Below, in pieces: positions 1 through 8,589 of a stretch of 29,579 bases of DNA. The notes below the pieces were generated by a model. It saw nothing but the letters and a program-made list of their open reading frames with translations. It did no database searches and was not told the DNA's origin. The stretch covers positions 1 to 29,579 of the forward strand of contig BTVV01000076.1 of assembly GCA_045863855.1 (NCBI GenBank), written 5' to 3'. The stretch is from Planctomycetota bacterium (GTDB lineage: Bacteria; Planctomycetota; SZUA-567; H5-PLA8). A program made the position numbers and the translations under genes. Each line of letters begins with the position of its first letter. The first letter of the stretch is position 1.

Positions 1-1
1 C

Positions 2-1171
2 GAGGCGCAGCAACTCGCCACGTATATCGGCTGGCTGATGCACCGCACCAAAGGCGGCTTGGTGGCCGGAACGCTCTTCATCCTGCCTGGGTTCCTGTCC
101 ATCCTTGCTTTGAGCTACCTGTACGCGGGCTATCAGGACGTGACCTTCGTGCAGGCGCTTTTTTACGGCCTCAAACCCGCCGTGCTGGCGGTGGTGGTGG
201 AGGCCGTGCTTCGGATCGGAAAGCGCGCGCTCAAGAATGGCGTGATGTACGGACTGGCCGGCAGCGCCTTCGTCGCCATCTTCTTTTTCGGCATTCCGTT
301 TCCGGTGATCATACTTTCGGCATTCTTGATCGGGATCGTCGGAGGCCGAATCTGGCCGGATACCTTCGCGGTGATCAAGGGCCACGCGGCCAAGAACGAA
401 GGCAAGGCGGCCTTGGATGCCATCCTGGACGAGAACACGCTGACTCATACCCAGCCAAGCTGGAAGAGGTTCCTCACCGTATCGTTCATCTGCCTGACGC
501 TCTGGTTCGGACCGCTGGCCGCGATCTGGGGTTTTTGCGGTCCGCAGAGCGTGTACATGCAGCAGGGGCTCTACTTCAGCAAAGCCGCAGTGGTCACGTT
601 TGGCGGCGCTTACGCGGTCCTGGCCTACATGGCTCAGGAGGCGGTTCATACCTACCACTGGCTGCTTCCCGGCGAGATGCTCGACGGGCTGGGCATGGCC
701 GAAACCACGCCAGGCCCTTTGATCCAGGTCGTGCAATTCGTCGGATTCATGGGCGCCTATCGGGATGCCGGCACGCTGCATCCCATGCTGGCCGGAACGC
801 TGGCGGCGATCCTGACGACGTGGGTCACCTTCGTGCCCTGCTTCTTCTGGATCTTCCTGGGAGCCCCTTACGTGGAGGCCCTTCGCGGAAACCGCCACCT
901 GACGTCGGCGCTCTCGGCGATCACGGCCGCCGTCGTCGGCGTCATTCTGAACTTGGCGGTCTGGTTCGCGATCCACACCGTATTCGGGACCGTGAACGAA
1001 GAGACCTACGGCCCCGTTCGCTTACAAATCCCCGAATGGTCTACTTGGAAACCCGTACCTTCCGTCCTTGCCGTGGCGGCCATGCTGGCGATGCTGCGAT
1101 TTCATCTGGGGATGATCAAGACGCTCGTGGCCTGCGGCGTATTGGGCATGCTCGCTTATTTCCTTCAGTAG
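2..1171 (+). CDS. chrA: Chromate ion transporter (CHR family, long-chain ChrA), 5'-truncated at the window edge
   Basis: The frame is open from base 2 (EAQQLATYIGWLMH...), which is the end of the first CHR repeat's PGP-EAQQ motif. The second repeat has TFGGAYAVL and GMAETTPGP. The protein has many hydrophobic TM segments. Confidence 0.93.
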   Translation, partial: EAQQLATYIGWLMHRTKGGLVAGTLFILPGFLSILALSYLYAGYQDVTFVQALFYGLKPAVLAVVVEAVLRIGKRALKNGVMYGLAGSAFVAIFFFGIPFPVIILSAFLIGIVGGRIWPDTFAVIKGHAAKNEGKAALDAILDENTLTHTQPSWKRFLTVSFICLTLWFGPLAAIWGFCGPQSVYMQQGLYFSKAAVVTFGGAYAVLAYMAQEAVHTYHWLLPGEMLDGLGMAETTPGPLIQVVQFVGFMGAYRDAGTLHPMLAGTLAAILTTWVTFVPCFFWIFLGAPYVEALRGNRHLTSALSAITAAVVGVILNLAVWFAIHTVFGTVNEETYGPVRLQIPEWSTWKPVPSVLAVAAMLAMLRFHLGMIKTLVACGVLGMLAYFLQ

Positions 1172-1203
1172 AGAAAGCGGGTGGCCCTGAGCGGGTGCCG
1201 CAG

Positions 1204-1412
1204 GTGGCCCGCACGAAGCCCCGATGGGTGTGGGTGAGGTTGCGAACAAGCGGCGCTGGTGGCCGTGCCCTATTCACGGGCGCGTACCGCCTCCGCAGCC
1301 CGCGACTCGCCGGCCGCTTCCCTTCATCGCGGTGGCCCTCATCGAGTTCGGCTCGCCCGCACGCCGCTTGTGCCTTCGGCACCCACGCCAACGTGCGGTT
1401 TGTGTGGGCTAC
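1204..1412. repeat. REP-doublet (REPIN)-like long imperfect palindrome
   Basis: GTGGCCCGCACGAA (1204-1217) pairs with TTTGTGTGGGCTAC (1399-1412), allowing G-T pairs. GGTGTGGGTG pairs with CACCCACGCC. ACAAGCGGCG (1246-1255) is the exact reverse complement of CGCCGCTTGT (1362-1371). Each arm starts GT(A/G)G followed by its own small palindrome. Confidence 0.6.
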
Positions 1413-1491
1413 GCGCGGGGGCCGCTTCATTCATGGCGGGGATTGTAGTGGGGATGGCGCGGGCGTCACGCGGGAAGTTGGGCAGGCGTTT

Positions 1492-1659
1492 TAGGCACTG
1501 CCCCGAAACCCTTCTTCGGCGTCTGCTTGCGGGGACCTGCGCAGCGCTTCGTCAGCCTCGCTTGCTGTATCTACTGTAGAGATACGGCGCGTTCGGCTTC
1601 CTCGCTCTGCTTGGTCCGCGCGGCGCATTCGCCTTCGAAGCGTTTCGGGACAGAGCCTA
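1492..1659. mobile_element. MITE-like non-autonomous element, 168 bp, with 23-bp terminal inverted repeats
   Basis: Left TAGGCACTGCCCCGAAACCCTTC (1492-1514) matches the reverse complement of the right end 1637-1659 (TAGGCTCTGTCCCGAAACGCTTC) at 20/23. TA/YTAG lies at both ends. There is an internal hairpin GCTGTATCT/AGATACGGC (1564-1588) and no transposase. Confidence 0.7.
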
Positions 1660-1673
1660 GTTGGGCGTGGGCC

Positions 1674-2234
1674 TTAGGGCTTGGGCAAGCCCTTGCGCGG
1701 CTGGAATCCGAGCTTGCCCTTGGCCGGTGCTTCGGGAGTCTCCATCAGCTCGCGGATGGCCTGAAAGACGACGGCGAACTGCTTATCGTACTTCTGTTCC
1801 ATGTCAGCGAGTTTGCGAGCCAAATCCTTATGGGTGGCCAGGAGTTCGCGCAGACGGACAAATGCGCGTACGACAAAGACGCTGACGTCGATGGCGCGCT
1901 GGGAGTTCAGGACGCTGGCGGCCATGATGGCCCCGTGCTCGGTGAAGACCTGGGGTATTTTCCTGCGCCCGCCCCAGGAACTTGATGTGCCAAATTGGCA
2001 CTTCAAGTTATCGAACTCTTCCTGGGTCAGGACGAACATGAAGTCGGCTGGGAAGCGCTTGATATTTCGCTTCACCGCCCGGTTGAACGCGCCCGTACTG
2101 ACCCCGTAGAGCTCGGCGAGGTCGCTGTCGAGCATGACCTTATGGCCACGTATCAGCAGGATGGCCCGCTCGATCCGTTCGGCGGGCACGAGGGCCACGG
2201 TTTCGGCTTTGGGGTCGGCCTTCTTCTTGGACAC
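1674..2234 (-). CDS. ORF6N-domain (phage antirepressor-like) DNA-binding protein
   Basis: Family motifs IRGHKVMLDSDLAELYGV, NRAVKRNIKRFPADFMF, FTEHGAIMAASVLNS, a C-terminal coiled coil and a KLGF tail. GTG start at 2234 chosen; the ORF track starts at 2264. Confidence 0.9.
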   Translation of the reverse strand: MSKKKADPKAETVALVPAERIERAILLIRGHKVMLDSDLAELYGVSTGAFNRAVKRNIKRFPADFMFVLTQEEFDNLKCQFGTSSSWGGRRKIPQVFTEHGAIMAASVLNSQRAIDVSVFVVRAFVRLRELLATHKDLARKLADMEQKYDKQFAVVFQAIRELMETPEAPAKGKLGFQPRKGLPKP

Positions 2235-2361
2235 GGCGGAAAGGTAGCGCGTTGCTCCCCACACGGCAACGCCAGACGATGTTTGAAATGGCGGCTGGCG
2301 GGCGGCGGAGCCGCGAGGAAGCCGGCGGAAAGTTGCGCCGAGGAAGAGGCGGCGGAAGGCT

Positions 2362-4350
2362 TCAGGTCGCCGCGTCGAGGCACTCGCGGACTTTGAGGGC
2401 GATTTCTCCGGCGATGAAGGGCTTCTCGATGAAGTAGCCGCCTTGGTCGAGCGCGCCGTGGAGCTTGATGGTGTCGTTGGTGTACCCGGACATGTACAGG
2501 CAGCGGATGCCGGGGCGGCGGGTCTGGAGCACTTGGGCCAGTTCGCCGCCGCTCATCTTCGGCATGACGATGTCGGTGAGCAGCAGGTGGATGGTTCCGG
2601 AGAACTCCTCGCTGAGACGCAAGGCGGCTTCGCCGTCGCCGGCGGTGAGGACGTTGTAGCCCAACCCGGAGAGGATCGCCTGGAGCAGCTTGACGATCTC
2701 CTGTTCGTCTTCCACGACCAGGATGGTTTCGCTGCAGGGCTTTCTCTGCGCGGTCGAGAGGCGGGGCGCTTCGGACGCTCCGGCCTCATCGGTGCGGGGA
2801 ATGTAGATCTTGAAGGTCGTTCCGCGTCCGGGTTCGCTGTAGACCCAGATATGCCCGCCGCTTTGATGGACGATACCGTGTACGGTGGCGAGTCCCAGCC
2901 CGGTGCCGGCGCCCACGCCTTTGGTGGTGTAGAAGGGTTCGAAGATGCGCGTGCGCGTGTGTTCGTCCATGCCGACGCCGGTGTCGCTGATGGCGAGCAT
3001 GAGGTACGCGCCGGGTTTGACGCCGGGATGGAGGTTGGTGTATTCCTCGCCCAGATCGACCTTGCTGATTTCGAGGGTGACGATGCCGCCGCGCGGCATG
3101 GCATCTTTCGCGTTGATGACCAGATTCAGCACCACTTGCTGAAACTGTCCGGGATCGAGGCGGGCGAAGGCGGGTTCGGCGCCGAGCTTCAGGCGCAATT
3201 CGACGGATTCGCCCAGCAATCGCCGCAGCATGGCGGCCATGTCCTGCACGTACTCGCCGATATTGAGGATCTTGGGCTGCAGGACCTGCTGGCGGCTGAA
3301 CTGGAGAAGCTGCCGCGTCAAGGTGGCCGCGCGTTCGGCGGTTTTGTGCATGACTTGCAGTTCGTTTCGCGCGGCGGCGGGCAGGTCCTGGCGATTGAGG
3401 AGGAGGCTGCCGTAGCCGAGGATGATGGTCAGGAGGTTGTTGAAGTCGTGCGCAACGCCTCCGGTCAGGCGGCCCACGGCTTCCATCTTCTGCACCTGGC
3501 GGACCTGCTCGGCCTGGCGCAAGCGTTCGGTGATGTCGCGGAGGTTGGTGGCGATGAGCAGGCCGTCTTCGGTCTCGATGGGACTGACGCTGGTTTCGAC
3601 CGGAATCAGGCTGCCGTCCTTGCGCCTTCCTTTGATGGCGCCGTCGCCGCCCATGGTGCGGGAGACGGGGTTTTGGATGTAGCGTTCGCGATGGGCCATG
3701 TGCACCTCGCGGAGCGGTTCCGGAATGAGCATCTCGACTTCGCGCCCGATCAGTTCTTCCTTGGAGTAGCCGAAGAGTTCGAGCGTGCGCGAGTTGACGA
3801 GTTCGATGCGCCCGTCGCGGTTGGAGATCACGATGGCGTCGGGGGCCGATTCCAGGAGGGCGCGGAACTTGCGTTCGCTGGCTTCGAGCACTTTCACGAC
3901 TTTGTCCTGGCGGGCGGCCTCTTGTTCCATGCGCACCCGTTCGGTGACGTCTTTGACATCGTGGGTGATGTAAACGAGCTGGCCGCGATCCCCCAGGACG
4001 GGCGAGTTGAGGGGACTCCAGTAGCGTTCCTCGAACTGTCCGCCTTCCTCGGCGGGTCGGCGGATGTCGTAGCGCTGGACGGCCATGCGATGGGCCGTGC
4101 CGGTTGCGCGGACGCGTTCGAGGCTGGCGCGGAGGTTGCGGACGCCGTCGGCGGCCGCGTCGTCGGGGTTATCGGGAAACGCTTCGAAGATGTTCTTGCC
4201 GATGAGGTCCTCGCGCCGGGTCATGGTGGCCTGGAGGTAGGCGTCGCTGACGGCGGCGATCGAGAAGTCCGGATTCAGGATCAGGTACAAACCGGGCGAG
4301 GTTTCGAAGAGCTGCCGGAAATCGGGCGGGGGGTTGGGTTCGGCGTTCAC
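2362..4350 (-). CDS. Cytoplasmic hybrid sensor histidine kinase (PAS-PAS-HisKA-HATPase-REC)
   Basis: Two PAS domains, H-box GVAHDFNNLL, N-box NLVINAKDA, DTGVGM, FEPFYTTK, GTGLGL, and a receiver domain (VVEDE...LLLTDIVMP...KPF). No TM segment. Confidence 0.93.
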   Translation of the reverse strand: MNAEPNPPPDFRQLFETSPGLYLILNPDFSIAAVSDAYLQATMTRREDLIGKNIFEAFPDNPDDAAADGVRNLRASLERVRATGTAHRMAVQRYDIRRPAEEGGQFEERYWSPLNSPVLGDRGQLVYITHDVKDVTERVRMEQEAARQDKVVKVLEASERKFRALLESAPDAIVISNRDGRIELVNSRTLELFGYSKEELIGREVEMLIPEPLREVHMAHRERYIQNPVSRTMGGDGAIKGRRKDGSLIPVETSVSPIETEDGLLIATNLRDITERLRQAEQVRQVQKMEAVGRLTGGVAHDFNNLLTIILGYGSLLLNRQDLPAAARNELQVMHKTAERAATLTRQLLQFSRQQVLQPKILNIGEYVQDMAAMLRRLLGESVELRLKLGAEPAFARLDPGQFQQVVLNLVINAKDAMPRGGIVTLEISKVDLGEEYTNLHPGVKPGAYLMLAISDTGVGMDEHTRTRIFEPFYTTKGVGAGTGLGLATVHGIVHQSGGHIWVYSEPGRGTTFKIYIPRTDEAGASEAPRLSTAQRKPCSETILVVEDEQEIVKLLQAILSGLGYNVLTAGDGEAALRLSEEFSGTIHLLLTDIVMPKMSGGELAQVLQTRRPGIRCLYMSGYTNDTIKLHGALDQGGYFIEKPFIAGEIALKVRECLDAAT

Positions 4351-4555
4351 GGAGAACCCTTATCGGAGCTACTGCGCTCGGAGCCATCCCAGAAGAATCG
4401 CAGCGGAGCCTTGGCCGAGATGCAAAGCGCGCCATACGAGGCGCAACGCTGAGAGGAATATATACCACTTCCGTCGCCGGTGATTGTAGATCAACTTGGA
4501 GTCACCCGGAAGAACGTTTCATTTATTTCAAGGCGGCGAAGCGGTGTGCGCACTT

Positions 4556-4587
4556 GTGAAATCGGGGAACCCGAAAGTTCCCCGATT
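4556..4587 (-). terminator. Probable intrinsic terminator downstream of the dksA-like gene
   Basis: Perfect 11-bp inverted repeat AATCGGGGAAC (4560-4570) / GTTCCCCGATT (4577-4587). On the minus strand the loop contains UUCG. It lies 27 bp after the stop codon; the U-tail is short. Confidence 0.6.
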
Positions 4588-4614
4588 GGAAGGCCAGGCG
4601 GAAGGTAGGCGCGA

Positions 4615-5274
4615 TCAGCGGCTGTCGTCGTCGCCGCCGCCGGAGTCGTCGGCGTCTTCGAGGTCGTCGAGGTCGCCGTTCTTGATGCGGCGGCGGCGGA
4701 GTTCGTAGCGGCCTTGGGCTTCGACGGAGCGGGTGGCCCAGGGCAGGAACTTGAGGCGCTCGATGTTGATGGGCTTACCGGTGATGTCGCAGACGCCGTA
4801 GGTGCCTTCGTCGATCTTCTCGATGGCGCGTTCGATCTCGGCGACTTCGGCGCCCTGGCTTTCGGCAAGGGAAAGGGCCAGGTCGCTTTCGGCGGAGTCG
4901 CTGGCGATATCCGATTCGTCCTGGATGTGGGCCAGGTCGCGGGTGTGCGCGACGCTGAGTTCGGTCTCCACGTCGTTCTTCATATCCTGGAGCATGGCGA
5001 CGAGCTTGGCGCGGATATCCGCGAGTTCGGCTTTGGTCCAGCGCGGCTTCTCTTCGGGTTGAATCACGACTCTCTTTTCTTCGCGGTGCGGCGCGGGCTT
5101 GGCCGGTTTGACGGGCTTCGGCGCGACGGCGGCCTTGGCCGACGATTTGGCGATCGGCTTGGCCACGGGTTTCTTGGGTGCGGGAGCGGATTTGGGCTTC
5201 TTGGCGCCGGTCTTTGCGGGCTTGGCGGTTCGCGCGGCGGTCACAGCTTTCTTCTTCTTGGCGGTCTTGGCCAT
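4615..5274 (-). CDS. DksA/TraR-family RNA polymerase-binding regulator with a Lys/Ala/Pro-rich N-terminal tail
   Basis: ATG at 5274 with a GGAGG SD. The coiled-coil tip DESDIA matches DxxDxA. The C-terminal globular motif is AIEKIDEGTYGVCDITGKPINIERLKFLPWA. Confidence 0.9.
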   Translation of the reverse strand: MAKTAKKKKAVTAARTAKPAKTGAKKPKSAPAPKKPVAKPIAKSSAKAAVAPKPVKPAKPAPHREEKRVVIQPEEKPRWTKAELADIRAKLVAMLQDMKNDVETELSVAHTRDLAHIQDESDIASDSAESDLALSLAESQGAEVAEIERAIEKIDEGTYGVCDITGKPINIERLKFLPWATRSVEAQGRYELRRRRIKNGDLDDLEDADDSGGGDDDSR

Positions 5275-5326
5275 GCTGCCTCCGATAACGCGGCGCCCGT
5301 ATGCCGCAGGCGTTAAGAGGTGCGGA

Positions 5327-5355
5327 GGTGTACCGGAACGCTCCGGCCTTGTCAA
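5327..5355 (-). promoter_or_regulatory. Candidate sigma70 promoter for the dksA-like gene
   Basis: On the minus strand, a perfect TTGACA (5355-5350), a 17-nt spacer, then a weak -10 TACACC (5332-5327). The spacer contains the inverted repeat CCGGA-ACGC-TCCGG. Confidence 0.45.
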
Positions 5356-5563
5356 GTCGTGTGGACGGTCCGAGACGATTCCCGAGCGTACCGGCAACTT
5401 CAGGCCTGCCCGCCGCTTGCGGGAACGGCAGGGGAGCACCTGCACGTGGCGCAAGGGCGGTTGCAGCAGGGTTATTCTGCGCTTGGTCAGGCGGCACACC
5501 GGTTCAGGTGAGGTTGGCCAAGCCTTGCAATATCCTGCGGACGAGACGCCCGCGATACCTGGG

Positions 5564-6097
5564 CTAGGGCGCGGCGGTGAAGGCTTGCGCGGGGAGGCGG
5601 TAGGGCTGGTCGAAATCGGGGTCCACCAGCGTGACGGTGCGGGCGCCTTCGACGTGAGCGTAAAGTCCGTGCTGGAAGCTCGTGCGCGCGCCGATGCGGA
5701 TCGCGGTGACGCCATCGGGCGCCGTGAAGACGACGCGCAGGGCGTCCGGGCCGAGGCCGTAGGTCTCGAGGCCGTCCGTGCCGGCCTCGAATTCGGAGCT
5801 GGAGATGCGCAGCACCGGCCGTTCCAGCAGTTCGGCGATGCGTTCGGCGGGGACGTCGCCGGCGACGGGTTCGAAGATGCGCCAAGCTCCGGCGGAGCCG
5901 CGTTCGAAGACGAGGCGTTCGCGCGCGCCGTCGCGGCCGGCGCGTTCGACTTCGAGGCGCGTGACGCGATCGACGTCGAACTCGCGCAGGAGCGGTCCGG
6001 CGCCCGCGGTCGGCAGAGGCTTGCGCAGATCGTAGACGAGCCACGCGGCGAGGGCGGCGGCGAGGACCAGCAGCGCGTAGGTGGTTCGTGCGTTCAT
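5564..6097 (-). CDS. DUF4340-like membrane-anchored accessory protein of a Gld-like ABC system
   Basis: N-terminal TM (MNARTTYALLVLAAALAAWLVYD) followed by WRIFEPV, LETYGLGP, IRIG and GLYAHV motifs typical of DUF4340. It lies 4 bp after the GldG-like gene, its usual position. Confidence 0.7.
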   Translation of the reverse strand: MNARTTYALLVLAAALAAWLVYDLRKPLPTAGAGPLLREFDVDRVTRLEVERAGRDGARERLVFERGSAGAWRIFEPVAGDVPAERIAELLERPVLRISSSEFEAGTDGLETYGLGPDALRVVFTAPDGVTAIRIGARTSFQHGLYAHVEGARTVTLVDPDFDQPYRLPAQAFTAAP

Positions 6098-6101
6098 GGC
6101 C

Positions 6102-7862
6102 TCACGTTCGCCGCGCGGCCCAGACGGCCATGCCGAGGAAGACGAGGCCGGCGGGAAGTCCGGCGAGGAAGAGGGCTTTGAAGATCTGGAGGCGGTCGTC
6201 GGAGACTTCGGCGAGGCGGACGTCGGGCGAACGCGGCGGGATAGCGACGCCGGCGTCTTCGGTTCCGGCAAGCCACGCGACGGCGGCGAGCGCGAAGAGC
6301 TGGTTGCCGGTGTGGCGTTCGAGGACCGGGTTGAGGAAGGCGTCTGAGCCGGCGAGGACCAGGATGCGTGCGCCGGGCGCGTCGCGTCCTCCGGCGACGC
6401 CCCTGGGCGCGGAAGCGGCGGCGAGGGGCACGGGGCCTTTGAGGCTCTGCGGTCCGGCTTCGAATCGCACGCCGCTTTGCGCGGCGGGGTCGGCCCAGTG
6501 GCGCGCTTCGCGGGTTTCGTAGGGCGGGGTGGCCAGCAGGGGCAGCGCCTCGAAGGTGCTCAGCGCGGGCTTGGGCAGCGCTTCGACGGCGCAGGGATGG
6601 GCGAGGAAGACGGGCATGCGCGCTTCGATCAGGGGTCGGACGGGGAGCGTCTGCGAGGCGGGGAGCGCGGGGAGGCGTTCGAGCGGGAGCGGCTCGCCGA
6701 CGAGGGCGGGGCGTACGCCGCGGGCGAGCAGATCCTGTCGCACGCGCAGGCCGTGGGGTTCGAGGAGTTCGGCCAGACCGGAAGGTTCGCGCGGGAATCC
6801 GGCGAGGTTGGGTACGACGGGATCGAGGAGCGCCAGGAGCCGCCCGCCGGCGTCGAGGTAAGTTTTAAGGGCGGCGAGGGCATCGGGGCGGAGTCGTTCG
6901 CGCGGGCCTGCGACGACTACGGCCGCGGCATCGGCGGGTACGGCCGATCCGGAAGCGAGGTCGAGTTCGCGGACTTCGAAATTCTGGAGACGCAGATTTT
7001 CGGTCCAGAGCGAGAGGTCGCCGCCGACGCGTTCGCCGTGGCCTTGGGTGAAGTAGACGGCGCGGGCCTGGGGGGCCTGGATCAGGCGCAGGGCGGCGGT
7101 GAGCGCGGCTTCTCCGTGGAAGCCGCCGCCGACGGGGACGCCTTCGGGCGTGTAGGCGCGGACGAAGAGTTCGTTGCGCGAGACGAGCCGGACGCGTTCG
7201 CCGCGCAAGATGGCGAGGCTTTCGGAGAGATCGGGGGTGAAGACCTTGATGCCCATGCGCTTGCCGAGTTCGTTGAGGCGCGCGGGTTCCTGGAGCATGC
7301 GCAGGGTCGAGACGGCGAGCCGTCCGGGCGCTCGTGCTTCCGCTTCGCGTTCGTAGCGTTCGAGGAGCGCCTGGAGCTGCGCGCGGAGTCGTTCGGCCTG
7401 CGCGCGGGTTTCGGGATCGGCGGGAAGTTCGCCGTGCAGGACGACGACTTCGACGGGCGGCCCTTCGGCGGCGAGCGCGCCGAGGACGCGGAGGGATTCT
7501 TCGTGCAGCGCGTAGCCGCCGTTGGAGGCCAGATCGAAGCGCGCATGAAAGCGGTAGCCGCAGGCGTACCAGAAGGCGGCGAGGACGATCATGCCCAGCG
7601 CGGCCTGGACGAAGACGTGGAGCGCGACTTTCATGCGCGCGGAGCGGAAGGATTCGACGAATTCGGCGCGGCAGATCCAGAGCGAGACGGCCAGGAGCGG
7701 CCCGAAGACGGCGAAGGGGCCCCAGGCGAGGGGATCGGCGAAGCGTTCGCGCATGACGCAGAGGAAGACGTTCAAGGAGAGGCCCAAGCACGCGCAAGCG
7801 CCGACGACGCGCGCGATGCGCACGGCGGCGGAAGGCGCGGGGGGCGGAGCGTTCAGCGCCAC
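6102..7862 (-). CDS. GldG-family ABC transporter auxiliary component
   Basis: N-terminal TMs, RFDLASNGGYAL, VYFTQGHGE, VVVAGP, YLDAGGRLLALLDP, NQLFALAAVAWL and a C-terminal TM ending WAARRT. The inferred GTG start at 7862 overlaps the permease stop. Confidence 0.82.
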   Translation of the reverse strand: MALNAPPPAPSAAVRIARVVGACACLGLSLNVFLCVMRERFADPLAWGPFAVFGPLLAVSLWICRAEFVESFRSARMKVALHVFVQAALGMIVLAAFWYACGYRFHARFDLASNGGYALHEESLRVLGALAAEGPPVEVVVLHGELPADPETRAQAERLRAQLQALLERYEREAEARAPGRLAVSTLRMLQEPARLNELGKRMGIKVFTPDLSESLAILRGERVRLVSRNELFVRAYTPEGVPVGGGFHGEAALTAALRLIQAPQARAVYFTQGHGERVGGDLSLWTENLRLQNFEVRELDLASGSAVPADAAAVVVAGPRERLRPDALAALKTYLDAGGRLLALLDPVVPNLAGFPREPSGLAELLEPHGLRVRQDLLARGVRPALVGEPLPLERLPALPASQTLPVRPLIEARMPVFLAHPCAVEALPKPALSTFEALPLLATPPYETREARHWADPAAQSGVRFEAGPQSLKGPVPLAAASAPRGVAGGRDAPGARILVLAGSDAFLNPVLERHTGNQLFALAAVAWLAGTEDAGVAIPPRSPDVRLAEVSDDRLQIFKALFLAGLPAGLVFLGMAVWAARRT

Positions 7863-8584
7863 TTGCGGGACTCCAGGGACTTCGTCGCCAGGAAGAGGGC
7901 GTAGGCGATGGCGCCGCCGAAGTAGGCGAGATCGCGGGTGTCGAGGACGCCGCGCATCAGGTTCGAGTAATGCGCGTAGGGGAGCATGAACTTGAGAATG
8001 TCCTGCTGCACGCCGGGGTTGGTGAAGACCGGGCGCGAGAGGATCATGCCGGCCAGGAGGATGAAGAGTCCGACGACGAAGGCGGTGAGCGCGGCGAGGA
8101 TGGGGCTCTCGAAGAACGAAGAGCAAAGCAGCCCGAAGGCGAGGAAGTATCCGGCGATGAGCAGGAGTCCGGCGTAGCCGAGTGCGAAGCCGGTCCAGTC
8201 GACGGGTCCGTCGTAGCACCACAGCATCGCGGCGACGTGGAGGAAGGTAAGGGCCAGGACCGAGGCGTAAAAGAGCCAGACGCCGCAGAACTTGGCGAGG
8301 ACGACCTCGAAGTCGGTAACGGGCGCGGTCATGAGCATCTCGAGAGTGCCGAGGCGGCGTTCTTCGGCGAGGAGGCGCATGGTGAGGACCGGTGCGGCGA
8401 GGGCGGGGAGGATGTGTCCGAGGGGTTCGGCGACGGTCTGGAGCTGTACGAGTTTGAATTGCGCGAACTGGCCGATGAAGAAGAGGCCGAAGAGGAACAT
8501 GAAGAGCGCGGCGGTGCCGTAGGCGAGCGGCGAGACGAAGACGCTGAGTAGTTCGCGGCGCGTCAGCGCCCAGAAGTTACGCAT
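7853..8584 (-). CDS. ABC-2 type permease (GldF-like)
   Basis: MRNFWALTRRELLSVFVSPLAY, TMRLLAEERRLGTLEMLMTAP, VVLAKF, RGVLDTRDLAYF, ESRKWR; about 6 TMs. Confidence 0.9.
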   Translation of the reverse strand: MRNFWALTRRELLSVFVSPLAYGTAALFMFLFGLFFIGQFAQFKLVQLQTVAEPLGHILPALAAPVLTMRLLAEERRLGTLEMLMTAPVTDFEVVLAKFCGVWLFYASVLALTFLHVAAMLWCYDGPVDWTGFALGYAGLLLIAGYFLAFGLLCSSFFESPILAALTAFVVGLFILLAGMILSRPVFTNPGVQQDILKFMLPYAHYSNLMRGVLDTRDLAYFGGAIAYALFLATKSLESRKWR

Positions 8585-8589
8585 GAGCT

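Noticed and set aside
1116..1985. Short ORFs across the chrA-ORF6N gap
   Set aside because: They overlap the palindromic repeats or real genes, and none has recognisable protein features.
2443..4452. 669-aa plus-strand ORF
   Set aside because: Antisense to the hybrid kinase, with no independent motifs.
5514..5529. TTGGCCAAGCCTTGCA, sigma54-like -24/-12 motif
   Set aside because: GG-to-GC spacing is one base short of the strict consensus, and no + strand gene follows.
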